From: a virus | Taxonomy: Duplodnaviria; Caudoviricetes | Virus record (IMG/VR): IMGVR_UViG_3300027798_000073 | Coordinates: 1 to 45,155 of that record | Strand: one strand, 5' to 3' | Length of the DNA stretch: 45,155 nucleotides | Part shown: positions 13,608 through 22,551 of the stretch, in pieces | Numbering within the stretch: position 1 is the stretch's first letter | How the letters are laid out: each line of letters opens with the position of its first letter | Notes under the pieces: generated by a model | What the model was told of the DNA's origin: nothing | The model's database searches: none | What the model saw: the letters and a program-made list of their open reading frames with translations, nothing else | Program-made: the position numbers and the translations under genes

Positions 13608-13659
13608 CTTGGAGTTTGCGTTTAGTTAGTTGTTAACTATACATGGTCTCCTGGACCCT
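13602..13659 (-). promoter_or_regulatory. antiterminator pairing
   Basis: AGGGTCC-A-GGAG in the leader ORF (13659-13648) is complementary to CTCC-AA-GGACCCT (13614-13602), which includes most of the 5' arm of the terminator. Confidence 0.75.
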
Positions 13660-13770
13660 TGATTCCTGTGGTGTGCGATCATTACTAATCTCAGTCGCAG
13701 ACCACAAGGCCACTGGCATATTATAGCCTAGTGAGCATGTGTGTTTGCTAAAGAGAGAGAATGTTTGCAT
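13633..13770 (-). CDS. 45 aa attenuator leader peptide containing all 20 amino acids
   Basis: MQTFSLFSKHTCSLGYNMPVALWSATEISNDRTPQESRVQETMYS*; lies between the promoter and the terminator; A-rich 5' UTR without a clear SD. Confidence 0.7.
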   Translation of the reverse strand: MQTFSLFSKHTCSLGYNMPVALWSATEISNDRTPQESRVQETMYS

Positions 13771-13817
13771 TTTAATAACTTTTCTTTTTTATAGGCTGCT
13801 TTTGCAACCTATGTCGT

Positions 13818-13846
13818 ATTGTATATTTATTTAGCCTTGCTGTCAA
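13818..13846 (-). promoter_or_regulatory. sigma70-type promoter of the leader
   Basis: TTGACA-17 nt-TACAAT with TAAATA in the spacer; 5' hairpin ATAGGTTGC-AAAA-GCAGCCTAT at 13791-13812. Confidence 0.8.
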
Positions 13847-13859
13847 CCTGTTTTGTAAT

Positions 13860-14504
13860 TTATTTATGGATTTTTTTCAAACCCATATCGTTGCTACCAG
13901 GCGTACCATCTAGATTCGAAACCCAGTAACGTTCGTAGCCCAGTAATTCCAACTGGTCTGCTACATCATTGAGCACAACATGTTGTGACGGGTTGCTGAA
14001 AGCATATTCAAATTCAATGTTTTCTATCACAAGGCCATGCTGTACCATTCCTAGCACACCAGGCATAATATACACTTCATGTCCTTCGGTGTCGATCTTA
14101 AGACGTCCAATTGATTTTATACTGTACCTGTCACATAAGCTAGAGAATGTGAGTATTTCAACAGGATCAATTTTTACTGTACCCAATCCTAGCGTTGTTT
14201 TTTTAAGCAAGACATCGCGTTGGGTAGGATGGTAGTCACCAACTGAGTTGCACCCGTTTAAAAATCCCCAGTCAGCTGGCAACTGATTTCTGATCACATC
14301 TTCGGGTATATAGTATACCTGGCTCTGACCATTATGGCTGCCCACTGCGGCATAACACTTGGTCACATGTGGAACAACAGGCAATTGATCAAGATAAGGT
14401 GCTACTGGTTCGACCAGCAGTATCTGTGGTTTGTTTGTTTCAGTGATGTGATCACAGCTGGTACCCCAATTTGAAGTTCCAATATCAACATAGTCGTAGT
14501 GCAT
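13860..14504 (-). CDS. FkbM-family methyltransferase
   Basis: YVDIGT, LLVEP, LKIDTEGHE, IEFE. Confidence 0.85.
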   Translation of the reverse strand: MHYDYVDIGTSNWGTSCDHITETNKPQILLVEPVAPYLDQLPVVPHVTKCYAAVGSHNGQSQVYYIPEDVIRNQLPADWGFLNGCNSVGDYHPTQRDVLLKKTTLGLGTVKIDPVEILTFSSLCDRYSIKSIGRLKIDTEGHEVYIMPGVLGMVQHGLVIENIEFEYAFSNPSQHVVLNDVADQLELLGYERYWVSNLDGTPGSNDMGLKKIHK

Positions 14505-14505
14505 T

Positions 14506-14898
14506 TTATATTTCCAGGTTATTCAAAAATTGTTCTAGATTGCCTGCATGCAGTTGTAACATGATTGCATCCTGTTCGCCAACTAATTTGATTGCATTTC
14601 TGCTGACCAAACAGTAAGGTGCAGTCATCATGTGGTCAAGTTGTAATAGTACTTGGTTTGACATGCGCTTGTCAACCTTGATGTTCCAGGCCGGCATGTT
14701 ACAGTGTTTGATTACCCAGGCATACCCACCATTGGTCAGTCTGAGACTGTTTGGGTTTAATACGTTATGCCAGAGGCTATGACGAAATGATTCTTGGGTA
14801 TGCTCTCCACCCTTGAACGTAGGAGGCACAGGGGCGATGCTGGCGAAGTGTCGCTGCCACTGTGCCTGTTGACTATGACTTGGGATAGATTTGGTCAC
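14506..14898 (-). CDS. hypothetical phage protein
   Basis: Operon packing; GTG start uncertain. Confidence 0.65.
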   Translation of the reverse strand: MTKSIPSHSQQAQWQRHFASIAPVPPTFKGGEHTQESFRHSLWHNVLNPNSLRLTNGGYAWVIKHCNMPAWNIKVDKRMSNQVLLQLDHMMTAPYCLVSRNAIKLVGEQDAIMLQLHAGNLEQFLNNLEI

Positions 14899-15166
14899 CT
14901 TGTTTGAGTATCACTACACTAAATTTGTCGGTCTTGAACAGGGCATTGAGTTTCTTGGCCAAGTTGATTGCATGACCTGGATTTGAAAAACTTACTTTTT
15001 TATACTTTGGGCCTGGGTATGCAACCAGTACATTCTGGTTCTTGAGGTTGATTGGTTTGCCATCGTAGAAAACCGCCCAGATGCCTTCAGAGCTCAATAC
15101 TTGTTCACTCTTGTAGTTGCTCTTGTTCACGTACTCTAGGAGTACATTGGGTTTTGGTCTACTCAT
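14873..15166 (-). CDS. hypothetical basic phage protein
   Basis: AGGA RBS; MSRPKP...YPGPKYKKVSFSNPGHA. Confidence 0.75.
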   Translation of the reverse strand: MSRPKPNVLLEYVNKSNYKSEQVLSSEGIWAVFYDGKPINLKNQNVLVAYPGPKYKKVSFSNPGHAINLAKKLNALFKTDKFSVVILKQGDQIYPKS

Positions 15167-15211
15167 TATTGATCCTAACTTGTATATTATTTATGAGATA
15201 AAGTGGGTATA

Positions 15212-15433
15212 TTATTTAAACCCGCCACCATCCATAACAACTTCAACTGTGGCGTTTCCTGCTTGTTCTAGCTGTTGCACAAGACTGGTATTTTGTGCTA
15301 GAACTGCAAAAATATCACTGAGTAGATTGTTAGCATCAACTGCGGTAAGTCGCAGTTCTGTTTTGTGTGTTTGATTCATTGCACGTACACGGTCGTTGAA
15401 CATCTGTACATGATAAGCAAGATTATTCTCCAT
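15212..15433 (-). CDS. hypothetical protein
   Basis: Likely start MENNLA at 15433 with AAGGA RBS; ends MDGGGFK. Confidence 0.7.
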   Translation of the reverse strand: MENNLAYHVQMFNDRVRAMNQTHKTELRLTAVDANNLLSDIFAVLAQNTSLVQQLEQAGNATVEVVMDGGGFK

Positions 15434-15899
15434 TTGCAATTCCTTGTTGTTCAAACATCTGTTCCTTGGTATGGAAAGGTCCTGCAAATTCATACCGCTG
15501 TAGTGTGATCAGTTTAGGACAGAATGCTCTGGTCCAGGTACTGTTGAACTTAACAATGTAGTAGCCTGCGCAGAAATAGCTTTTGCTTTTCACACCCTTG
15601 GTAAAGATTGGCAGTCTGCGTGTTACATCATAGAGTTTGTTGAAAGGTTTGAAGCCACTGGGCCAGCCGTAGACTTCGTGGTCTTCTGACTCTGCTCGGG
15701 GTTTGCGTTCGGTTTTGTCAAACACAATGTTGTACTGACTCTTTAACATCTTGACTGTGGGAAATGTTTCACGTTTGTTCTCGTGAACATAGGCAAAGCC
15801 GCCTTCGTCAATGGCCTGGATGGTAGCAATCTTTTCTCCGTCTTGTTCTACAATCCAGAATTTGTTTTTAATCACTGGACGAGCTTTTAGTTCAGTCAT
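15423..15899 (-). CDS. hypothetical phage protein
   Basis: Start at 15899 (MTELKA) or 15941. Confidence 0.75.
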   Translation of the reverse strand: MTELKARPVIKNKFWIVEQDGEKIATIQAIDEGGFAYVHENKRETFPTVKMLKSQYNIVFDKTERKPRAESEDHEVYGWPSGFKPFNKLYDVTRRLPIFTKGVKSKSYFCAGYYIVKFNSTWTRAFCPKLITLQRYEFAGPFHTKEQMFEQQGIANGE

Positions 15900-16410
15900 G
15901 TTCACCGGTGTCCTCTCCAATAAATTGGTAGCTGATTTCATTTTTAGTTTCCTTTTTTGTTTCGTATTCTGCTATTCTCCTGGCATCTTCTGTTGCACGT
16001 TTGCGTTCGCATGGTTTGCATGTGGTCTTGATCCAGACGCTGTGAGTTTGTTCGCCAGGGTTGCCACATGTTTCGCAAGTGATAGCACTCATGCTTTCTG
16101 CCATACTAACAAGTCCGCGAATGTAGTCATCGCCGCCTGTGTAGTAGAAGCGCAGTGTACCAAACTTTTCTTTGACCTGGTCCAAGATCACCTGTGGTAC
16201 TTGTTTGTACTGAGTGTATTCTTTTTCAACATTCGTGTTGTTCCAGTCAATGTGATGTTGGATATTGCTCATGAGAGAATTCAAGATGTTGTACCATCCA
16301 TCACCGCATTCAACGCCCCAACACATGCAGGTCTCAGTCACAGCGCCGTTACGGTTCACCATCATCAGTGGATACTTCTCGCACAGCTTTTGGTCTAGTT
16401 CTTGTTTCAT
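15892..16410 (-). CDS. hypothetical phage protein with CxxC zinc ribbon
   Basis: ECGDGW, QVKEKFGTLRFY, TCETCG...TCKPC; start MKQELD. Confidence 0.75.
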   Translation of the reverse strand: MKQELDQKLCEKYPLMMVNRNGAVTETCMCWGVECGDGWYNILNSLMSNIQHHIDWNNTNVEKEYTQYKQVPQVILDQVKEKFGTLRFYYTGGDDYIRGLVSMAESMSAITCETCGNPGEQTHSVWIKTTCKPCERKRATEDARRIAEYETKKETKNEISYQFIGEDTGEHD

Positions 16411-16414
16411 ATGA

Positions 16415-16660
16415 TCACCATTTGGAAACGTCAGTAACATCGGTTTTAATTTCAGTGCTATCTCCGGCCAGGTCAAGAGTGAAACGCAGATTCATGCTCT
16501 GGCCAATGCCTGATTCGTTGCTGATATGCAATTCAAAATCGTTGATGTCTTTGAAGTGTTCAGCCATCTCACACATCTGTTTGATCTGCTTGCGTGTGAG
16601 ATGTATCACTGTGGGTGTGGAATATTTCGTTGGTATAAAGTCTTTTTCTTTCTTGCTCAT
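16415..16660 (-). CDS. hypothetical protein
   Basis: ATGA overlap, operon packing. Confidence 0.7.
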   Translation of the reverse strand: MSKKEKDFIPTKYSTPTVIHLTRKQIKQMCEMAEHFKDINDFELHISNESGIGQSMNLRFTLDLAGDSTEIKTDVTDVSKW

Positions 16661-16920
16661 TTTGCGTCTTTCATAATATTAACAATCTTTTCTTGTTCTT
16701 GATTAAACCGAATCCATTGATTCTTGATACCATCCCAGAACACCATCTTGAACATGCCACCAGCTAGAATCACAAGTGCAATGCTATACAAGACTCTCTC
16801 ATGGGTACTGCCAGATTCGACTCCGATACCTGCGCCAAGAAAGCACATGCCCAGCATCCACCATTTTTGCCAAGCATCAAACTGACGCCACTGCCATTGT
16901 AAAAAATACCATACCTTCAT
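16657..16920 (-). CDS. small membrane protein (2 TM)
   Basis: GGAGG RBS before MKVWYF; two hydrophobic stretches. Confidence 0.7.
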   Translation of the reverse strand: MKVWYFLQWQWRQFDAWQKWWMLGMCFLGAGIGVESGSTHERVLYSIALVILAGGMFKMVFWDGIKNQWIRFNQEQEKIVNIMKDAK

Positions 16921-16921
16921 G

Positions 16922-17158
16922 TTAGCCTCCATAGTACTCAATTATTGAGTCCAGTTGCCTTATTAGAATCGTATTCTTGGCAACATCTTCTGGATGTAGC
17001 CAATACCCATCTGGATTATCGTCAGTCTTGGGATTTTTCTTCCACTGCTTGAGTTCCGTTTTCAAGTAGCCGCGATGATTAATAAGACTGGCAAGTGTGA
17101 TCTGATCCGCGGCTTCCCAGGGAATAGTGAATCCTTGTGCTTGGTCTTTTTTGCTCAT
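16922..17158 (-). CDS. hypothetical protein
   Basis: Start MSKKDQ overlapping the end of the cytochrome gene. Confidence 0.7.
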   Translation of the reverse strand: MSKKDQAQGFTIPWEAADQITLASLINHRGYLKTELKQWKKNPKTDDNPDGYWLHPEDVAKNTILIRQLDSIIEYYGG

Positions 17159-17463
17159 TTTAATCCCAGTATCCATTTAACCAGCACACGAGACTCTGCT
17201 TCGTTTGCTATACCGCCTGGCATGGGCATAGTACCCCATACACCACTGCCGCCGCCTACAACTTTCTTAACCAGTTTGTCTTCTGCGGCTTTGTCACCGG
17301 CATACTTCTTGGCAATATCTTTGTATGAAGGGCCAAGAATCTTGGCGTCTACGCCATGACAGCTCAAACAACCCTTGCTCGCGGCAAGAGTCTGCGGGTC
17401 AGCGCCCTGTGCGCTGCCACTGCTTAATACCAACGCAAATAATAATGCTGATAAATTGTTCAT
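17155..17463 (-). CDS. class I cytochrome c (c551/c552-like) with signal peptide
   Basis: Signal peptide, CLSCH heme motif, GPSYKDIA, GGSGVWGTMPMP (axial Met). Confidence 0.92.
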   Translation of the reverse strand: MNNLSALLFALVLSSGSAQGADPQTLAASKGCLSCHGVDAKILGPSYKDIAKKYAGDKAAEDKLVKKVVGGGSGVWGTMPMPGGIANEAESRVLVKWILGLK

Positions 17464-17465
17464 GA

Positions 17466-18017
17466 TTAATCCTTCCATTTACTATGAACCCAACCCAACA
17501 CATAGAGATCGTTTTCAATCTCTTCCGTTACAGTACCTTCTGGTACGAACCCTTTTGCTTCAAGATTTGCACTGCCGTCGTCCTCGTCGTCATCACTCAT
17601 GTGATTTCCTATACCAGAGCAGTACCAGTCAATATAGTCGCCCTTGCCCTGCAGATCTGCGACAATTCCGCCTGCAGAGCGCCAGCTACATGACCAGTAT
17701 TCGTCCTTGAGGATAGTAATTATTTCACGCTTCTGCCAACGCATGTTGCACAGTGCGGCATAAAGATTCTGTGCATAGCCATCACTGCGACACTTTTCAA
17801 TTACCCAGCGAGTGGTACGCAGATCCCACTCTAGATTGTTTTCACGCCAGGCTGGATCTACTTCTAATTCATCTGCACGAGCTTTCCAGTCATCGTAGAA
17901 CTTGATCATACGTTGTACTTCTGGATCGTCTAGGCTCTTGCCTGCTTCAAGAGTTCGTTGGATGTAGCCTTCTTTTTGGAAGGTGCCGCGGTCTGGGCTG
18001 GATGCTAATTCAATCAT
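17466..18017 (-). CDS. hypothetical phage protein
   Basis: YAQNLYAALCN, WSCSWRSAGGIVA, DYIDWYCSG. Confidence 0.75.
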   Translation of the reverse strand: MIELASSPDRGTFQKEGYIQRTLEAGKSLDDPEVQRMIKFYDDWKARADELEVDPAWRENNLEWDLRTTRWVIEKCRSDGYAQNLYAALCNMRWQKREIITILKDEYWSCSWRSAGGIVADLQGKGDYIDWYCSGIGNHMSDDDEDDGSANLEAKGFVPEGTVTEEIENDLYVLGWVHSKWKD

Positions 18018-18175
18018 GCGTAATCCTTTGAGAGAGCATCCAGCACATCTTGCCGATCTTGGTTAATATAGCACATGGCCACGTGCAACATTTGGTGAGC
18101 ATGATCAATGTCGTGTGGAATAATCAACAAGCGACCTTCTTGTAGATCTTTTAGTTTTGCTTCTAGCTCATTCAT
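18014..18175 (-). CDS. 53 aa hypothetical protein
   Basis: Manual translation MNELEAKLKDLQEGRLLIIPHDIDHAHQM...; ATGA overlaps at both ends. Confidence 0.65.
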   Translation of the reverse strand: MNELEAKLKDLQEGRLLIIPHDIDHAHQMLHVAMCYINQDRQDVLDALSKDYA

Positions 18176-19173
18176 GCTACAACTGCCTCTGGATATGCGG
18201 CACTCAAGAACTCTGCATAGTTCTGTGCCTGTTCGCCAATCTTCACAAGATCATGCTTGCCGCAAAACTTCATGAACTTGATACCAATCTGTGCAATGTC
18301 CTTGGGAGTACTGCCTTCAGCGATGGTTTGTGCAATCTTGATCTTGACATCTGCTGGTTGTGCTCGAAGGTCCACCAGTGTCACATTGCGTTCATAGTCA
18401 TCCAACACACGATGTTCATCGCCATTGTGGTCCACCCAACGTTGCAACATCATGTTGTTCCAAGAATATCCTTTCTTGTCCATGTCAGCAAAGGCTTCTT
18501 GCAATCCAACTTTCTTGCTGGAGCCCTTGGTACGCACACCTGGAAATGCACTGAACACATTGTCAGTGGGATCTCCACGCATGCACTTTTCAAACAGGAT
18601 CCATTTAGGATCAGGTATCACTTTAGATTCCTTGGTCTTCTTGTCGATCACCAACTTGCCCTTCTTGTCCAGGATACCTTTTAGTGTGTGCAGTTCATCA
18701 CTGATACCGTTGTACTGATTAACGTTTTCTGCCAGCAACTGATAGAAGTCTGTGTCTGAACTCACGATAGTGTGGTGATCATCGGGATGGCTCTGTATCC
18801 AGCCCGCCACTAGATCATCTGCTTCGAGGTTCTCGTGACGCAGTACTGTGCAGTTGCTTTTTTCTACAAAGAATGTTTTAAGGTCATCAAAGGCTTCCCA
18901 GAACATCCGATCTTCTTCTTGTTCACTTTCAGTAAGTGCGGCACGAGCCACAGCACGATTGGCCTTGTAGGGTTTGTAAAAGTCCTTGCGCCAGCTACGA
19001 CCTTCGAGGCAGATGACCACATGGTCTGCCTTTTGATCGCGCCAGGCTTTGTAGATGCTGGCAAGTGTTACATGGATAGCAAAGCCCACTCGTTCTTCAC
19101 TCGTGGCCGCTCTATGAGCACTGTGCCTAGCACGGAAAAATGTATTTGCTGTATCAACGATTAGATAGTTCAT
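18172..19173 (-). CDS. rnh: T4 RNase H-like 5'-3' exonuclease / flap endonuclease
   Basis: LIVD, SWRKDFYKPYKANR, LEADD, SSDTDFYQL, GDPTDNV. Confidence 0.9.
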   Translation of the reverse strand: MNYLIVDTANTFFRARHSAHRAATSEERVGFAIHVTLASIYKAWRDQKADHVVICLEGRSWRKDFYKPYKANRAVARAALTESEQEEDRMFWEAFDDLKTFFVEKSNCTVLRHENLEADDLVAGWIQSHPDDHHTIVSSDTDFYQLLAENVNQYNGISDELHTLKGILDKKGKLVIDKKTKESKVIPDPKWILFEKCMRGDPTDNVFSAFPGVRTKGSSKKVGLQEAFADMDKKGYSWNNMMLQRWVDHNGDEHRVLDDYERNVTLVDLRAQPADVKIKIAQTIAEGSTPKDIAQIGIKFMKFCGKHDLVKIGEQAQNYAEFLSAAYPEAVVA

Positions 19174-19179
19174 AGAGTA

Positions 19180-19208
19180 ATAATAGCATATTATTTACCC
19201 CAGGTCAA
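19180..19208 (-). promoter_or_regulatory. sigma70-type promoter with nested TAAATA
   Basis: TTGACC-17 nt-TATTAT. Confidence 0.65.
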
Positions 19209-19227
19209 CCACTGTTTTCTCGTTTAT

Positions 19228-20382
19228 TTAGAATTTTGGGTTAATGTACCATTCTTCGGTATAACCATCACGTAGCCAAAAACGACTGCGATCAGTTCGA
19301 GTAAGTCTATCTTTGTACTCGTTTTTGATCACACTACGAACCACGTGTTGCATAACACCATTATAGGTTCCTCGGCACTCTTGGTTGACGCTGTAGAATG
19401 ATCTGGCACTGTTAGAAATAAAATCTAGATAGGTGTTCAATGACTCTTTATCCATTTCGGGCATGCTGTCACAGTTCACAACCAGATCAAACTGGTCAAT
19501 GCGATGAGGAATCTGTTCAGGAGAAATAAACTTCACAGCAGCTTCATGGCTTTCGTTTGGCAAGCTGATATTTTCTGCTCCGATGTTTGCAGCCAATTGG
19601 TACGCTTGGCATGTGGCCACACTGGGAATGTCTACCATGAATAGATTGGTAAATCCAAGTTTATGCAACCAGTATGCGGTAAAACCGGCACCACCGCCAA
19701 TTTCTAGTATGCGTGTTTCTTTAGGATATTTTTCTGTTATCTTGAGTGCAATGTACAAGGACATCAGATCTCGGTCGCTGAACAGTCCCCTAGAGGTTTT
19801 TATACCCCATAGACCGCCTTGCCACCGTGGTGCAACTATGGTATTAGGAGCACTTTGCAGTAGAGTATCCTCGGCTACGGCCAGAAACGAAGCACCTTGT
19901 TCATGATTCTGTGGACTGATTACTCCAACATACTCCATAACGCCTAAAAAAACATCCCAGGTTCGAAGCAGTCGCATTTCTTGTGCCTTGGGATATTCTT
20001 TCATGATTTCTGTTTCTCCACTGCCTTGACTGATGCCATGCATGAGAGGACTCTGGTGCATGAGGTTCAGATGCTCATGTGCTTGTTCTAGTTCTCCATT
20101 GCGCATCCAGTCCAGGAAGAATTGATGTTGTTGAACAATGTCTCCCCACATGTGTCCAGACTCTTTAAGCCATTGGCTGGATTTAATAAATGCAGATAAG
20201 CGTTTCATCAACACAGGATCAAACTCTAGATCACCTGCTCCCCAGGCACCCGTGGGCTCATAAGGAATTTTTTGTTGTGGTGAATTACGAGTGGTCCAGG
20301 TCATATCTCGAGTGAGATATACTCTATAATCGTCCTGATCAAAATTCTTTGTTTTAATATGAGTGTGTAGTGTGTGCGTCAT
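19228..20382 (-). CDS. putative sugar O-methyltransferase (class I SAM-dependent)
   Basis: ILEIGGGAG, VDIP, DLVVNCDSMPEM, FYSVN; start MTHTLH coupled to upstream stop. Confidence 0.75.
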   Translation of the reverse strand: MTHTLHTHIKTKNFDQDDYRVYLTRDMTWTTRNSPQQKIPYEPTGAWGAGDLEFDPVLMKRLSAFIKSSQWLKESGHMWGDIVQQHQFFLDWMRNGELEQAHEHLNLMHQSPLMHGISQGSGETEIMKEYPKAQEMRLLRTWDVFLGVMEYVGVISPQNHEQGASFLAVAEDTLLQSAPNTIVAPRWQGGLWGIKTSRGLFSDRDLMSLYIALKITEKYPKETRILEIGGGAGFTAYWLHKLGFTNLFMVDIPSVATCQAYQLAANIGAENISLPNESHEAAVKFISPEQIPHRIDQFDLVVNCDSMPEMDKESLNTYLDFISNSARSFYSVNQECRGTYNGVMQHVVRSVIKNEYKDRLTRTDRSRFWLRDGYTEEWYINPKF

Positions 20383-20789
20383 CAGCTGACCTCGGTTCTG
20401 CCACCACCTAGATTTCTGCGTGACACGCGATTCTCTGGAGTTTGGTTTGCTTCCCATTGTTCAAAGTTTTCCATGAGAACATTACGGCAAATATCCTGGA
20501 ACCATTGATCCACAATCTGTGCATCATCCTTGCCCTGGTAGCCGGCCTTCATGAGCTTGGACACAAAGATATCGTTCCAATCCAGTTCAAATGCACCATT
20601 CTGCACATTGTCGGGATCTAGCTCAACACTGACCACGCTAACATATGGTTCGCCTTTTTTAGTAGCGGCCGCTTTGGCACTGGCACCAACCTTGAGTTTT
20701 GGTTCTGCAGGTTTTTTAACTGGTGCAGTTTTTGCAGCCACTTTCTTGGCAGGAGTTTTTACAGCAACAGGTTTTTTAGAAGTTGCCAT
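20382..20789 (-). CDS. hypothetical phage protein with Lys/Ala/Pro-rich N-terminus
   Basis: Start MATSKK; FELDWN and IVDQWF motifs. Confidence 0.75.
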   Translation of the reverse strand: MATSKKPVAVKTPAKKVAAKTAPVKKPAEPKLKVGASAKAAATKKGEPYVSVVSVELDPDNVQNGAFELDWNDIFVSKLMKAGYQGKDDAQIVDQWFQDICRNVLMENFEQWEANQTPENRVSRRNLGGGRTEVS

Positions 20790-21685
20790 TATTTGCCCCA
20801 GCCATTGCCCCATAGATCCACATGCAAGCGGGGACTGTAGTAGTAACCACGTTTGAGTGCTTCGTCTGCCATGCGCACACGATTGGTGTTGTAGCTTTCA
20901 AGTGTGCCGCCAACTGGCATGATGTATACAGGACCCAAGAAGCCACCACCACGGTACTCGCTCACGGCTTGATCGACTTCTGCAAAGTCTTCAACCTTGT
21001 CAACAACAAATTTAAGATAGGTAATACCAATTTCTTGATACTGTTTAATCACGTCAGGTTGAATTGCTTCCGACCATTTTTCGCCACTTACACTGAGTTT
21101 AGGACTCACACTAAAAGTCATTTCTCTCCATTTACCAATATGGCTTTCCATGAAGTCTGGATCCATGTGCCAGTTCTGGATCCAGCCGTGAAAGTCTTCA
21201 TCCAGCATCTGGGTACCATTGGTCTCAAATGTAATGTCAGCCAGGGTTCTCAGACCAGGATGTTCCAGTAGTGCAGGATAGTTCTTTTGCCAACCTAGTA
21301 AAGGTTCACCTCCGGTGATCACAAGATGCACATGATTGCCGTTGGGCTGTTTCCAGTCACCGTTAGGCAACAAAGACAACATACGAACAGCAATAGCATC
21401 ATTGTCCATGGATGGACTGAATTCTTTGAACTTTGGATCCCATGATGCATAGCTGTCACAGCCTGTGGTTACCAGAGGCAGGTCTTCAAATTTCTGATAT
21501 TTGTCTGGACTTGCACGTACAAGTTCCAGTACCTGCTCACGTTCTGTGCTGACTTCACCTGGCTTGCAACCAAATCCAGCACATTTGAAGTTACAACCAA
21601 ATGTGCGCATGAACACACTGGGCACTCCTACAAAGCGTCCTTCGCCTTGTGCTGAATAAAAAAGTTCGCTGATTTTAAATTTCAT
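20789..21685 (-). CDS. queE: 7-carboxy-7-deazaguanine synthase (radical SAM)
   Basis: ELFYSAQGEG, RTFGCNFKC...GCDS (split CxxxC...C), ITGGEP, FETNGT, VSPKL, SPRLH. Confidence 0.9.
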   Translation of the reverse strand: MKFKISELFYSAQGEGRFVGVPSVFMRTFGCNFKCAGFGCKPGEVSTEREQVLELVRASPDKYQKFEDLPLVTTGCDSYASWDPKFKEFSPSMDNDAIAVRMLSLLPNGDWKQPNGNHVHLVITGGEPLLGWQKNYPALLEHPGLRTLADITFETNGTQMLDEDFHGWIQNWHMDPDFMESHIGKWREMTFSVSPKLSVSGEKWSEAIQPDVIKQYQEIGITYLKFVVDKVEDFAEVDQAVSEYRGGGFLGPVYIMPVGGTLESYNTNRVRMADEALKRGYYYSPRLHVDLWGNGWGK

Positions 21686-22551
21686 TTTAGAATTTCCTTA
21701 GATACTTTATTGTATAGATTGTCAAAGTTATTGTCTAGCCAGTCATCTACCGTTTGTGGATTCCAGTCTGGAATGACTTTCTTTAGCTTATTTAGGTTTG
21801 CGGAGCTCTCCCATTGATATTTCTCTACCATGTGTTCGGGCATGGGTACAACCATTATCTGTGCATTTTCCACGCCTACCTTGCGTTGTATGCTGGTAGC
21901 AATATCTTTAAATGTGAGTTGGAGGCCTGTGCCAACATTGTAAACACCACTAATTTGTGCTTGTTTCAATTTCATTATTGCATCAATGCAATCGTCAACA
22001 CTGATAAAGTCACGTGAACCCAGGCGACCTTGGTGCGACCACACAGTGAGCCTACGCTGTGTGATTGCTTGTTCAACATAACGGCGTATAGGACTTGGTT
22101 GTTGCTTGTGACCTTCGTTGCGTCCATATACGTTGAAGAAACGCACACCAATTACTGGCACTGTGAATTCTTGTACAGCACACCAGTTGTCCACAGCTAA
22201 CTTGCTTACACCATATAGGTGTTGTGGTTGCACAGGTCCCCATTCAGAACTACCATTCCATGGTCCGTAGATACTGGCACTAGAAGCATAGGTAATTCCG
22301 CAACCGTGTTGTTCAGCAAAGTGAATCCAGTGTTGAGTATCTTCAATGTTTTTGCGAACAAGATCATCCCAGTTGTCTGCAATAGTTTCACTGATTGCAC
22401 CCATGTGAAAAACCCATTCAATAGGTTCTTGGGCAGTCCAGGTTTTGCCGCGATCTGCCCAATCCATGCTGTGTACCTTGTGCCCATGATCCACAAGGTA
22501 TTGTTTAAGTTCGCTGCCTATAAAGCCGCGATCACCGGTTAGTATTATCAT
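21682..22551 (-). CDS. NAD-dependent sugar epimerase, ADP-heptose 6-epimerase (HldD/RfaD)-like
   Basis: MIILTGDRGFIGS, HMGAIS, YASSASIYG, YGVSK, RFFNVYG, YQWESSAN. Confidence 0.85.
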   Translation of the reverse strand: MIILTGDRGFIGSELKQYLVDHGHKVHSMDWADRGKTWTAQEPIEWVFHMGAISETIADNWDDLVRKNIEDTQHWIHFAEQHGCGITYASSASIYGPWNGSSEWGPVQPQHLYGVSKLAVDNWCAVQEFTVPVIGVRFFNVYGRNEGHKQQPSPIRRYVEQAITQRRLTVWSHQGRLGSRDFISVDDCIDAIMKLKQAQISGVYNVGTGLQLTFKDIATSIQRKVGVENAQIMVVPMPEHMVEKYQWESSANLNKLKKVIPDWNPQTVDDWLDNNFDNLYNKVSKEILK

